This document shows, in pieces, positions 37,691 to 50,203 of a stretch of 64,000 nt of DNA; the first letter of the stretch is position 1; every line of letters begins with the position of its first letter. The DNA is from Antedon mediterranea. Taxonomy: Eukaryota; Animalia; Echinodermata. Both the position numbers and the translations under genes were made by a program. The stretch lies in the NCBI RefSeq assembly GCF_964355755.1, contig NC_092673.1:5890001-5954000 (forward strand). Direction: 5' to 3'. A model generated the notes under the pieces. The model saw only the letters and a program-made list of their open reading frames with translations. It did no database searches and was not told the origin of the DNA.

Positions 37691-39823
37691 ATGGCTATAA
37701 CAAATACAATAATAAACAATAAAACCCGTAATATCTTTATTGGAGCCGTATATTACCCTCCTTCATCCCCAGGTGCTGATGACACATTGAACATATACTC
37801 AACAGTTGACGAGATTCGTCTAACTAACGCAGATTCACTGATGATTATCCTAGGCGACTTTAATGATTTGAACATCTAACAGAACAACTTGGGATGGTAC
37901 AAGTCATTGATTTTCCAACTGGTTACGTTTTGCTGCTTCAAGGTTTTTATGACCCGTCCAGAACTATATACAAAGCCTAAAAAATGTGCACCCCTTGGGC
38001 GTAGCGACCATAGTAGTATTACCATTCATCCTTGCCATGAGTTGCCACCATCCAAAATATGCGTATGCAAATTAGACCATACAGAGAGTCGTCAGTAAGA
38101 TCGTTTGGACAATGGATAACCAACTATGACTGGAACTGGATGTTCGATCGTAACTTATGCATGAATGAGAAAGTAAATGGCTTAATATCAATGTCTTAAA
38201 AGGTGCATATAATCAAAATTTCCCTGTCAAGCAAATAAGAAAAAGAATAGCTGATCGTCCTTGGATGACTCAAAACGTTCGTCAACTACTTGATGCAAGA
38301 CAGCGAATGTATAACAACTGTACTAAGGCTGAATGGAGACAAACACGCAACGCTATTCAGAAAAGCATTCATTCAGCAAGGAAAAAATTTTATGATAAAT
38401 CAATGCGAGGCCTTAAAAATAATGATCCGGCAACATGGCATCACAATGTACGTAAACTGTGCAATCTAAAAAATCGAAAAATGCTAAAAATCCCTGGCCA
38501 CTCAAATCAAATCAAGACCTTGCAAATAACCACTTTGCATCTGTGTGCCGACAGCTTCCCTTAGTTGATGTAAATGCTCTTCCTGCATATTTGCCTTCAC
38601 CTGAACCCCCACCACAAATTTTTCCTGGACAAATCAAACGATTGATGAACAAACTGAAATCAAAGAAGTCTAGTCACCCTGATGACTTACCAATTAAACT
38701 TATAAAATAGTTTGCCTTTGAAATTGCTGCTCCACTAATGATAATTTGTAAAATAATAAGATCGTAAAATAAATACTAAACTTAGTTCATCCTTTTTTCC
38801 CCTTTGCCAACATCACCTGTGGGATTGCACAGGGTACAATTAAGCTTGGGCCAATTTTGCTTCTCATAAAAGTCAATGATATTTCTATGGAAGGCTGCAG
38901 ATGGTGGAAGTACGTGGATGATCTCACTCTTGGTGACACTGTTAAACATGGTAAAGCCCCTAAACTTCAATCTTGCCTTGATGACCTTACTGAGTGGTGT
39001 GATACAAATCACATGGTCTCTAAACCCTCTAAGTGTCATATCATGAGAGTTAATTTCTTGAAAAGAAATATTTCCCCTCCCAATTATTACCTAGCAATAC
39101 AACAAAATGTTGTTTGTGTATGTGCTCCTTGGATGACTTATCCAGGATGACTTGAAATGGGATAATAATGTCAGTGACATGGTCAAGAGAGGGTTATATA
39201 CGTTATATATTCTTAGAAGGGCCAATGAACCAGTTCATGATATGATATCAGTTTATGTTTGTTATATTCGCCCAATCTTAGAATACATCTGCCTTGTAAG
39301 GCATGGAAGCATCAATACCATTGAAAGAGTGCAAAAGAGAGTTTTACGTGTTATTCTGGGTCCCGCTTTCCACACATATGAGTCAGCTCTTGAGATTACA
39401 AATCTGACCACTGTCGCATCCAGACGAGAGATGTTAATTCTAAAATTTGGAGAAAAGCTCTTGAACTATTTTACCGCATTATTACTAGAGAGCTAATTAA
39501 TATAACTGTTAGTAGAACTAACCATCTTAAAACCTCGCCTGCCCTTACTATAAGTAGAATCCTTAATTTATACAGTACTTAAAATGATCACACACTGGCT
39601 ATGTTATAAATATATACATATATTTGCATTTGTATATAAATGTTGGAGTTTTTAACACAATTTTATTTGTTAACTGACTTTTTCAAATGTTTTAATGTTT
39701 TGTATAAATTTTGTATTTTTTTAATATTTGTGTTTCCATATACTGTATATATTTTTGTAAGTCAACATTATCAGCCTTCTGGCTGAATGTTTTTGACTAT
39801 ATAAACCTGAATAAATAAATAAT
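37691..39823 (+). mobile_element. Degraded CR1/L2-group LINE (APE and RT fragments with an internal deletion)
   Basis: Motifs GAVYYPP, LGDFN, PLGRSDH, KYVDDLT, YIRPILEY and IERVQKR, with many stops. An (AATA)n tail is at about 39810-39823. Confidence 0.75.
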
Positions 39824-40286
39824 AGTTTTTACATGTTCCTTGTGAAATGATGGCTTGGCTTATTACCATGTTTTCTTTTTAAAAATGTACACACCTATAT
39901 ATTATTCTGTTAAAAAATATACCATTATTGAACAAATAAATGTTTTTTGAACTTGAACCTGAACTTGAATTTATAAAAAGATTTTTGTGTTTAATTATGT
40001 TATGTATTCTATTTAATTTAATTTTGTATTGTTGTATGTTATTGTCTTGTCAAATTGTATTTTTGTGAAGGTCCCTAATGATCAGTTTCGGCTTGATGGA
40101 CCACCCTTGTAAAATATTGTTTTACAAGTGAATAGTTGCATCATTATTTAATGCTATATTTTTATTTGTTTTTATGTTATAAATAGTAGATTTACACAAC
40201 AGGAAAGAAGATAAAAAGAAATGAAAAACAGGAAATGGTGTATTTAGTACGAAAGCCCATTAATGCCATTTTAAGTATATGTTTTT

Positions 40287-41370
40287 CGAACGTAATCCGT
40301 TCTAACGAATTAGTAATTCGTTTGAACGGATTAATAATCTGTTCAAACGATTAGTAATCCGTTTGAACAAATTATTAATTTGTTTAAACAAATTATTAAT
40401 TTGTTCAAACAGATTACTAATTTGTTAGAACGAATTAGTAATTCGTTTGAACAAATTAGTAATCCGTTTAAACAAATTACTAATCCGTTTGAACGGATTC
40501 CTAATTTGTTTTAACAAATTATTAATCTGTTTAAACAAATTAGTGATTCGTTTGAACGGATTAGTAATCCGTTCAAACGAATTACAACATGGCACTTGTT
40601 GTATATGTTGCAATTGGTTTGAACGGATTACTAATTCGTTTGAACAGATTACTAATCCATTCAAACGAATTACTAATTTGTTTAAACAGATTAATAATCT
40701 GTTCAAACGAATTAGGAATCCGTCCAAACGGATTAGTAATTTGTTCAAACGAATTAGTAATTTGTTTAAACGAATTAATAATTCGTTCAAACGAATCAAT
40801 TCGTTTAAACAAATTATTAATTTGTTTAAACAAATTACTAATTTGTTTAAACGGATTACTAATTCGTTCAAACGAATACTAATTCGTTCAAACAGATTAG
40901 TAATCCAAACGGATTACTAATTCGTTTGAACAGATTACTAATCCATTCAAACGAATTACTAATTTGTTTAAACAGATTAATAATCTGTTCAAACGAATTA
41001 GGAATCCGTCCAAACGGATTAGTAATTTGTTCAAACGAATTAGTAATTTGTTTAAACGAATTAATAATTCGTTCAAACGAATCAATTCGTTTAAACAAAT
41101 TATTAATTTGTTTAAACAAATTACTAATTTGTTTAAACGGATTACTAATTCGTTCAAACGAATACTAATTCGTTCAAACAGATTAGTAATCCAAACGGAT
41201 TACTAATTCGTTTGAACGAATTAGTAATCCGTTTAAACAAATTATTAATTTGTTTAAACAATTTAGTAATCCGTTTGAACGAATTAGTAATTCATTTGAA
41301 CAAATTAGTAATCCGTTTAAACAAATTAGTAATTCGTTTTAACGGATTAGTAATCCGTTTAAACGAATTA
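40287..41370. repeat. 21-bp quasi-palindromic minisatellite array
   Basis: The unit is approximately gtttaaac(a/g)(a/g)att(a/t)(g/c/t)taat(c/t)(c/t), present in both orientations. There is a higher-order duplication with an offset of about 286 bp (40623 vs 40909) and a short unique spacer at about 40585-40615. Confidence 0.9.
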
Positions 41371-42702
41371 CAACCACAATTCTCGAATACATAGTAATTT
41401 CAGCGTTAAAAAAACTGGCGACTTCCAATGTACATGCAGGACAATAATACATGTCGTTTACAGGAACGAATAAATAAACACGGTGATTTATGTACTCAAC
41501 TAAAATTAGCACCCCGGGAATTACTTCCGAAAAAGAAACTTGTCACAAAATAAGAAACAAACTGAATTTGTGTTTTGTATGTAACATTAGGGTTGAGGGA
41601 TGGGGAAGAGGATGGGTGCAAAGACGAACAATTTTTAAATATATTCTTTATCGATTTAGTAACGAAATATGAATTGGTTTCATGTTTACCACTAACCACA
41701 GTAAAACATTGCGATGTAATACTTTGTTGAAACTATCACCGTCCTAGTCGATTGAAATAGTACAGTACATGTAACGATACATCACTAATACGATGTTTAT
41801 ATTTTTTTGTAGTTACATTATTAATTAATACAAACGTTCAGAAGGAACTGTCAGTAATAAAGTAAACACCTCTATTCGGGGCAAATCGTAAATTCGCTTT
41901 AATCGTCAATAAATAATTATCTAACTCAACTTAATTAGTAGGCCTAATGGTCAATTGTTTCATAGAGCCAATTCATACTTAAGTTGTTTCCTAACCACCA
42001 AAGTTGTTCTGCGTTTAGGGCATGTACTGATCCTTCGTACTGTAGGTCTGTCCTCTACTGGCTTTACAACGCTACTCATGCCAGTGAGGGGAGGGTGGTG
42101 GTGGTTTAGCTGAAATAATAAAGTTGATTGTACATAATAGACGGCGACTGGAAAGGCTAGCTGATTATGCGTTAAAAAAAAAGATTCCACAGATTGGAAA
42201 AAAATGTATCGAATTTCTGTTATGACTGTACTTGTCTTTACGATGCCTGAGGGAATAGACACTTGTGGAACAGAGATTGGAATGTTCCATTTATCGCAGA
42301 TCAAAACATTTGTATAAACGTATATTAAATCTATCAAAATAGTATTTTTTAAAGAAAATTGGCCTGTCTTCAACATTATGATGCTGTACTCAAGCTGTTC
42401 AACCGGTTTTCAGCTATTAAAAACAATTATCGTAGGAGGAGATAGGAAAATGCGAAGCATCCTCGCATTATTGTCTGCGGGTATTTTTCAAGTTGGACAT
42501 CCATTAGACAGTGCATACCACGACCACGAAACACCCCTATTTGGGGCAAATCGTTGAACCTAAATTCGTTTTAATCGTCAATAACTAATTATCTAACTCA
42601 ATTTAATTAGTAAACATGGTTACATCAGATGGTTAAAATCAGTACCGAAAGTACGAACCAACTTTATATACCATCGAGTAAAAATTCCAGAAATAAACCG
42701 CG

Positions 42703-42925
42703 ATTTATCTAATTTTGCCCTTACGTAAATTTATATATAGATACAAATTATACCTTTAGCTTATACTGTATATATCATCAGGAAGAAATTAAAATAATTG
42801 TAATAAAATAAACTTTTATCTAATTTTGCCCTTACGTAAATTTATATATAGATACAAATTATACCTTTAGCTTACTGTATATATCATCAGGAAGAAATTA
42901 AAATAATTGTAATAACATAAACTTT
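42703..42925. repeat. Tandem duplication of about 112 bp (2 copies)
   Basis: tttatctaattttgcccttacgtaaat...aataattgtaataa.ataaactt occurs twice in succession. Confidence 0.85.
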
Positions 42926-43355
42926 GAACAATATTAGGACTAAATTAGCCCTATAACTGATTAAATCTAATTTTTAATTGATAAAATTAATTTTCATGGC
43001 CAGTCAAAAAACTGAAATTTAGGAAAACCACAAAAGTAAAACCTTCTATTGTCACTTAAAATGGTATTTGCTTTGTCACCAACAATATAACCTGCGAGGT
43101 ATTCATTTACACATTCTGTGAAAGGTTGTGTTGTAAATTTTAGGTGCAATGTACTTTTATTTCTAGGGTAAATAACACACAAAATGTACTATTTCTTCAA
43201 TATCCAGCATTATATATTATTAAAAATATACTGTGCATGACAGTCGGAACTGTAGTGAATATTAGATTGTACCTGCAGTTACACATCATTAAACAGTCTG
43301 TATGAAACAATGCTTTTGATTATAATATTGAAAGTAAATTTTGTTCTCTCTTCAG

Positions 43356-46300
43356 CCCATACTGACAGACAACTAATGCAACTACTACTACTTCACTTGA
43401 CCCAAACACAAAGGTAAATCTCAAATACTATCAACAATTATACACAATATATACTATATTAAATGCTTACACAGATCTTAAAGTGGACAGAAACAAACTC
43501 CTCGACATACTCAAACATATTATAGACGAAGATGAACTTAGGATCGTTAGATTTCTGCTGAGTGAAACCGGACTAAATCTAAAAATAAAAGGTGCAAAAG
43601 AACAGCCAATATTCCTAACCAACATCGGCACCCCTCAAGGAGATAGCTTAAGCCCGGTCTTATTCACTGTTTACCTTGAGTCTGCGCTACGAGGAATCAG
43701 AAAAATTATCCAAACAGAAATACCTCAAGAGATATCATATGCTGATGATGTAGATTTTTTGAGTCTAAATAGCAAGCATAATGTAAACGAATTAGAACGC
43801 CATTTATCAACTTTCAACTTAAATGTAAATAAAGAAAAAACAGAACACACTATCGTAAGACGAGAAAAAGAGGACATACAAGAACAATGGAGAAACACGA
43901 AAAAAGTAGGATCGCTCCTTGGGGACAGACAAGACATTATTAGAAGAAAACAACTAGCGCGTGTAGCAATGACCAAACTAAACTCGATGTGGCTTCGAAA
44001 AGATAAAATCAAATTAAAAATACGTATCAAGCTGTACAACTCACTAGTTAAAAGTATATTACTCTACAACTCTGAAACATGGGGACTCACAAAAGAAGAA
44101 GCACATAAACTCGACACATTTCACAGACAGCAACTTCGCAAAATCATAGGTATCAGGTTCCCAGACAGGATATCGAACATTAATTTATACAGAAGGACAG
44201 GAACAAAACCGATTTCATTAGAAATAGTCGACGCAAGATGGAGACTATTGGGTCACATACTTAGACAAGACCCATGTACACCAGCCAACACAGCAATAAG
44301 CTATTATTTCAGCAACACTACCAATATAAAATTTCGAGGAAGACCGAGAACCACCCTACCAATAACTCTCAGCAACGACCTACTCACCCTTTATAAGCAT
44401 AATACAGACATTAAGTATCCCGGACAATTGAAAACCAAGAAAGACATGAAACAACTTAAAGAACTAGCCAATGAAAGATCAGACTGGAAGAAACTAGTAA
44501 AAGAGATTTACGGAGCAGCCCAAGCGGAAATGTCGGCAGACTTTTCAGCGGAAAGGCAGTAATAATATAGATCTTAAAATACCTTATAACTAACTAATGC
44601 AAAGAAAATCTTATTGAGAAGCACTACAATATTGGTATTTTGTAGGCCTATACTAAAATATAAATATATATTATTATTATTATTTTATTATTATAAATAT
44701 TATATTTTTTCTAATGTTCTTCTACTGTAAATCCAGGTAATCCTTACAAAAATGGTTAGTTATATATAAATAAATATTATATTTTACAGATAACTGATAA
44801 AACAGTGTTGAAGTTTGTTGACAAAAGAGATCTGGAATGTTTAATCTGCTTACAAAGATTCACAAATCCAAAAGTGCTTAAGTGTCTTCATACTTATTGT
44901 CTTAACTGCCTGCAAAATTTAATAAGGCGCGGCAAAATAAGATGTCCAAAATGCCGTCATTCGTACAATTTTAAAATAGATGATTTGAAAAGTCTAAAGT
45001 GTAATGACACGATAAGCTATATAGTTCAATTTGTTTGCAAGATTGAATCTGAAAAGCCAGAAACATGTTCAAGTTGTAAAAATAAACCACTATACCATTG
45101 CTCTAATTGTGAAATGTATCTGTGTGGTCAGTGCATCCAACAGCATAAGGATGTGCCTGCATTTAAGAACCATTCACTATATACACTGGATACAAATGAA
45201 AAAGAAAAAAGCAAAGATTCACCAACCTGTTAAACATATTCTCAGTTGCTATAAAAGTAAACATGAAGTGATCTCAATGAAGACAGCTCTGAATGACATT
45301 AATCAAAATGTTACTGAAACTATGAAGATAGCTGAAGGCATTGAGAGAAAATTAAAGAAAAGATTAGATGATATCACCAAAGAAAGAAAAGAGTTTAAAT
45401 CTAGTTTGAAGTTAAGCAGAACAGCAATTGAAATTCATGAGAGTACAGTGATCTGAAAGGTGAAGGAAGAAACCAAGGTACTGATGGAAAATCTTACAGA
45501 GATTTATGAAGAACAAAGCAAAGTTTTTAATATTCAAGTTAAAAATATTGAATCAAAGTTGACAAATTTAAACTCATTGATGGACTCAATCAATAAAATG
45601 ATGAATAAACCAACAGAAACACTTGCATCATATCAGATGAATATCAATGTCATTGGAATTGAGGCAACAGCAGATTTGGATAAATCATTTACTAAAATAA
45701 CAATGACGCCCAAATTTATTCCATCTACAAAGCTGGTTGAGTTAATGAATCATGAAGGTGTTGGTAAACTTATCACTGTTGGTGGTGTATACAAGGTTAA
45801 TAAAAAAGACAAGAACATTTCAGTCACAAAAGGACAGCCATTTAGTGTGAGAGTATCAAGTCTAGCAGAGAGTGATGTTGGTCAATTAACAGCCACAATA
45901 AGTAACTCATCAGGTGAGAAATCAGCCACTGAAGTAGCACTCATAAAGAGAGGGTACACAATAACAGGTAGATGCAAAATGGAAGGATATTGGCACATGG
46001 ATATCATTGGTGGAGCTATGCCACATGTCATAGGTTCACCAGTGAGTATCAAGGTGGAACCTCTTGGACTTTTACATACCATAGATAACATATCAGAGTA
46101 TAAAGAATAATAATAAAACAGCAAAAGTGGCAGATGTAGTATTAGATACTGATGGATGTATGTTAGTGTCAAGCTACAGTAAAGATTTAATAAAATTTGA
46201 TCAATCAGGTGGCTTTGTTTCTAAAATACAAATACTACAAAATGTCAAAGTCAATCAAATGCAACAAATAGGCAATGGTCACATGGTGTATAGCGACAAT

Positions 46301-46871
46301 ATAGACAAATGTGTTGTAATGTGCGATAATCAATAAATGAAATTAGAATATTTGGTAAAGGAGTATTAAAATATCCAGATGGAATAACAGTAAACAAAAA
46401 GACCAGGATTTTATATGTAGTAGATCGTGAATGTCACTATGTGTTCAATATTGATGATGGTAGTCTACTGGGTAAGATAGGTTCTGAAGGCAGTGAACCA
46501 GGTCAAATGAAAAGTTCGTTAGATGTTGCTTTAACAAAGGTGGGTCCATGTGATTGTTGCTGATTATCACAATGACAGAATACAATGTTTGATGCTAATG
46601 ATAAGCTGATTAAGATTCTTGTAGCCTATGGTAAAGAAGATGGTAGAGTCTGGGGTCCTTGTGGTATAACTATAGATATGGATGGAAATATAATAGTGTC
46701 CAGTAATCATAAACTCCAACTATTTGATTCAAATGGTAAATTCATTAAACGAATAGATATTAAGATGATGGGTTGAATGTTCCATTAGGGATTGCTGTAA
46801 TTTCTAAAAGACCAAGAAGAGTTGCAGTGGCAAACTTTAAAGCAAACAATATAAAAATATTTAATTATTAA
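43356..46871 (+). pseudogene. Gene 3: TRIM-NHL pseudogene (linker exon plus RING/B-box1/coiled coil/filamin/NHL exon); no DED exon found
   Basis: The linker exon 43356-43413 is 58 nt and out of frame. The TRIM exon starts at ttttacag|ATA (44790) and has an intact RING and B-box1, a frameshifting deletion of B-box2 at about 45230, and stops or frameshifts at about 45456, 46110, 46336, 46547-46585 and 46760. Confidence 0.85.
43483..44568 (+). mobile_element. 5'-truncated RTE-clade LINE inserted in the intron of pseudogene 3
   Basis: An open RT C-terminal ORF of 359 aa contains GTPQGDSLSPVLF, YADDVD, LLYNSETW, RWRLLGHILR and RGRPRTT, and ends in a short TAA tail. The TSD AGATCTTAAA is at 43473-82 and 44569-78. 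Confidence 0.9.
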
Positions 46872-49376
46872 AAAGCTAAAAACATACAAACAAATCATAA
46901 CCTGTACAGTATACTTTCAACAAATTTAGTTAAATGTCTATAGTGTGAAAGCACAAATTATCTGAACTGAAGCATACAAGAATTATCTTTTTTTTGATAG
47001 TAAACTTCATCTATGTACATTTTATATTCTGTTGTTATATCGTAAGGTGGTTTCCCGATTAATCGTACGATCAAACGGTACTGGGTATGATCAACTAGCG
47101 GTCGTGTTCCCACCTAATCATCCATTCATAGAAGTTCTGATGAAGATATCAATCTGTGGCGACAATAGAATGGACCCGAGACCTGGCTATCTTCGACTTT
47201 AAAAAATAGAAAGTTTAGAAAAATGTTTTTGTTAGACTAGAAATGTATGTTGTATGTATATAGAAAAATGGTTGTAGTTTTCAAAATTACGTTGTATAAG
47301 TTGCGATGTGAAAAACTGTTATTTGATCGTTAGTTGTCATGTACATAAAGCAAAAATATAAATATAATAAAATAAAATAAAAATCGTTAGTAAAACTTTT
47401 AAAAAGAGTAAAGATATAAGGAAGAAAAGCAAAGAGATCATGGAGCGGCTGTACCAGAAAATACAACACTAAGTATTGTAAAGTTAATATATTAAAAAAA
47501 AAAAGAATTTAGGCGATCTTGTCAAAGGTCAAGCGCCTTCATTAAATTACAGTTGAGAAACAGGAATTTGCATAACGAACAAACATCCAAGTGGCCATTT
47601 TTACCACATTTTAACCTCTAACTTTTATCCTAGATTGCGGATGATGTTCAAATGTACTTTAGAACTTTCCCGGTACAATTCCGGTCATATTGATACCCAA
47701 TATGTAAGGGAAATTCGACGTTGTGAGGTGATTTCCCGAATGATCGTAAACGGTACTGGGTATTTTCAACTAGCGTTCTGTACGGTGACCATAGAATGTG
47801 ACCCGAGACGTGACTAACTACGACTAGATAATAAAAAGTTGAGAACATTTTTTTACAAGAATTTTAACAGAAATACGACGTCGGCATGACGTTAGACTAA
47901 CAACCATTAAATTCACGACTTATAGTAAACGTTGTCATAACGTTGTAACAACATCGGTAATCTGACTTTGTCGACGTCTACAGACGTCCAGCCAACGTTA
48001 AATTGCTAGCTGGAATGGTTTTAACTGAATAAATGTGTATGAATGAATGAATTTCACAAAGTATTTTTGCCAACCTGTTTTTAAATGATTTCGCTTTTTA
48101 ATGTTATTTACTTTAACTATAGTAGGCTAACTATTAAATTTTGAAATTTCATCATACTTGTTATTGTTGTTCTTCACAATTGGCTTGCTTGGCTATTAAA
48201 AAACAAAAGTTTAGTAGAAAACTTTTAAATGGCATTCAAATTAACTATAGATAAGATCATACCATAAGTGGCATTATTATTTATTCATATTAAGTTTTTT
48301 TTGGCAAGTTCTGTTATTACCAAAAAAAATATTTATTTCACTTGTGTTTTTAGCATGGCCTACTGTTTGGTTTCTGCTGGAAACCTCAATATCAACCTGT
48401 CAAATGGTTCCATTACTTTTGCTCATGTTAGATTAATGCGGTGTAAGTTTGCTAAACAGCGCATAGAGACTATTTGTATTTTGCGCTATATACATTTAAA
48501 ACCATTAACCATTAACCATTATATTCTTTGGCACATCAAACTTATTTTTTGTTCATGCTTGACAAGTTCTATTCAGAGTTCACATTTAGGTTAAATAAAT
48601 AACACAAAAGATTGTATTCAAGCTTTATAGTGATAAACCATTTTGTTTGTGTCATACTATAATCGCTGCTTACTAAAACATTGTAAGTATTTATTTCCAA
48701 CATTATTACTGTATATAATGTACTTCCATTAGTTTATTTCTGAATTTCAGTGTAAACTAATACAAAATAAGATAAGTTATAAAGCCTATTTTAAAGGAAA
48801 TCTGGGCCTTCTTGTAATAATGTTGGAGAATAGAAGGAAGTTCCATTCTTATAAGACCTAGGGGCCACACAGGTTTATTATTATTGTATTCAAGATTCAT
48901 GGCTGAGAAACCATTTTGTTGACAGTGAAACTATATTTGCTTTCTGTGTGTCTTGTAGCACTTTATATTTAAATACTAAAATACTCATGTACACACATTA
49001 TTGCTAGAAGTTATAAAAAGAACTACTGTTTATGAATTTAAGTTTTAACCAACAGAAAAATAAGAAAAAATTTATTTTACTCATACTAAAAGTTTTATTG
49101 TACTTTAATTATGTTTGGGATAGAAGAAATAGTGTGTTACATTATACAATCTGTTAAATTATAATTTAAAATAGACCAATCAAAACTATTTCTGTGAAGT
49201 TGGTTACTAGTTCCTAGTTCCTTATTCAAATTCAATTAAAGGGACAGTCACAAATATTTTTAAAAACAGATTTTAATACGTAATAACTGTCTAATTGAGT
49301 TGTTATTGCATCAACATGTTAGCCTTGACCTCCTCTACTTCTTCTGGTCAAAGTTCAATAACATTTTATGCATTTA

Positions 49377-49985
49377 CGCCCTCTACGGCGAATAAGTAAC
49401 TGGCTTTTACAAACGTTATAACATTTGACCTACTAAATTTTTTCGAAATATTTTAGTATGAATCGATTACCCTTGACCTACTCTAACAATTGCAACCCCA
49501 GTTCCGCAAACTTTTTTGTGTCTACGGCGAATAAGTAACTGGTTTCACGAACGTTATAACACTTGACCTACTTAATTTGTTCAAAATATTTTGGTATGAA
49601 TCGATCACCCTTGACCTACTCTACCATTTGCCACCCCAGTTCCGCGAACTTTTTTGCGTCTACGCCCTCTATGGCGAATAAGTAACTGGCTTTACAAACT
49701 TTATAACACTCGACCTACTTAATTTTTTAAACATTTTTTGGTATGGATCGATCACCCTTGACCTACTTTACCATTTGCCACTCCAGTTCCACGAACTTTT
49801 TGGCATCTACACCCTCTACGGCGAATAAGTAACTGGCTTTACGAACGTTATAACACTTGACCTACTTAATTTTTTCAAAATATTTTGGTATGAATCGATC
49901 ACTCTTGACCTACTCTACCATTTGCCACCCCAGTTCCACGAACTTTTTTGCGTCTACGCCCTCTACGGCGAATGAGTAACCAACT
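49377..49985. repeat. Tandem repeat of about 147 bp (about 4 units)
   Basis: ctctacggcgaataagtaactgg recurs at about 49381, 49521, 49667, 49814 and 49961. Confidence 0.9.
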
Positions 49986-50203
49986 TCACAGACACATCAA
50001 AACTACAATAACAATCAGCATAAAAATACAAATGATAAATTAGAAATTAATTCACCAAAATGCATATATACAGTGTAAATATTTAAAATGGTATAATGCT
50101 TAATTAAATTGATATTTTGGCTAATATTTATTGTTTTTTTTTTATATTATTATAAATTGTAGGCCTAATTATTATAGCTGCTGATTTTGTATGGTTCTAG
50201 AAA

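Noticed and set aside
40425-41394. Many overlapping Leu/Ile/Asn/Lys-rich ORFs resembling LRR or coiled-coil proteins; also considered as a CRISPR array
   Set aside because: They are by-products of a 21-bp satellite that is stop-free in several frames. There are no unique spacers and no cas genes, and the context is eukaryotic.
47041-47840. Two related blocks (about 47045-47200 and 47725-47845), probably parts of a repeat element
   Set aside because: The ends, TSD and family could not be defined.
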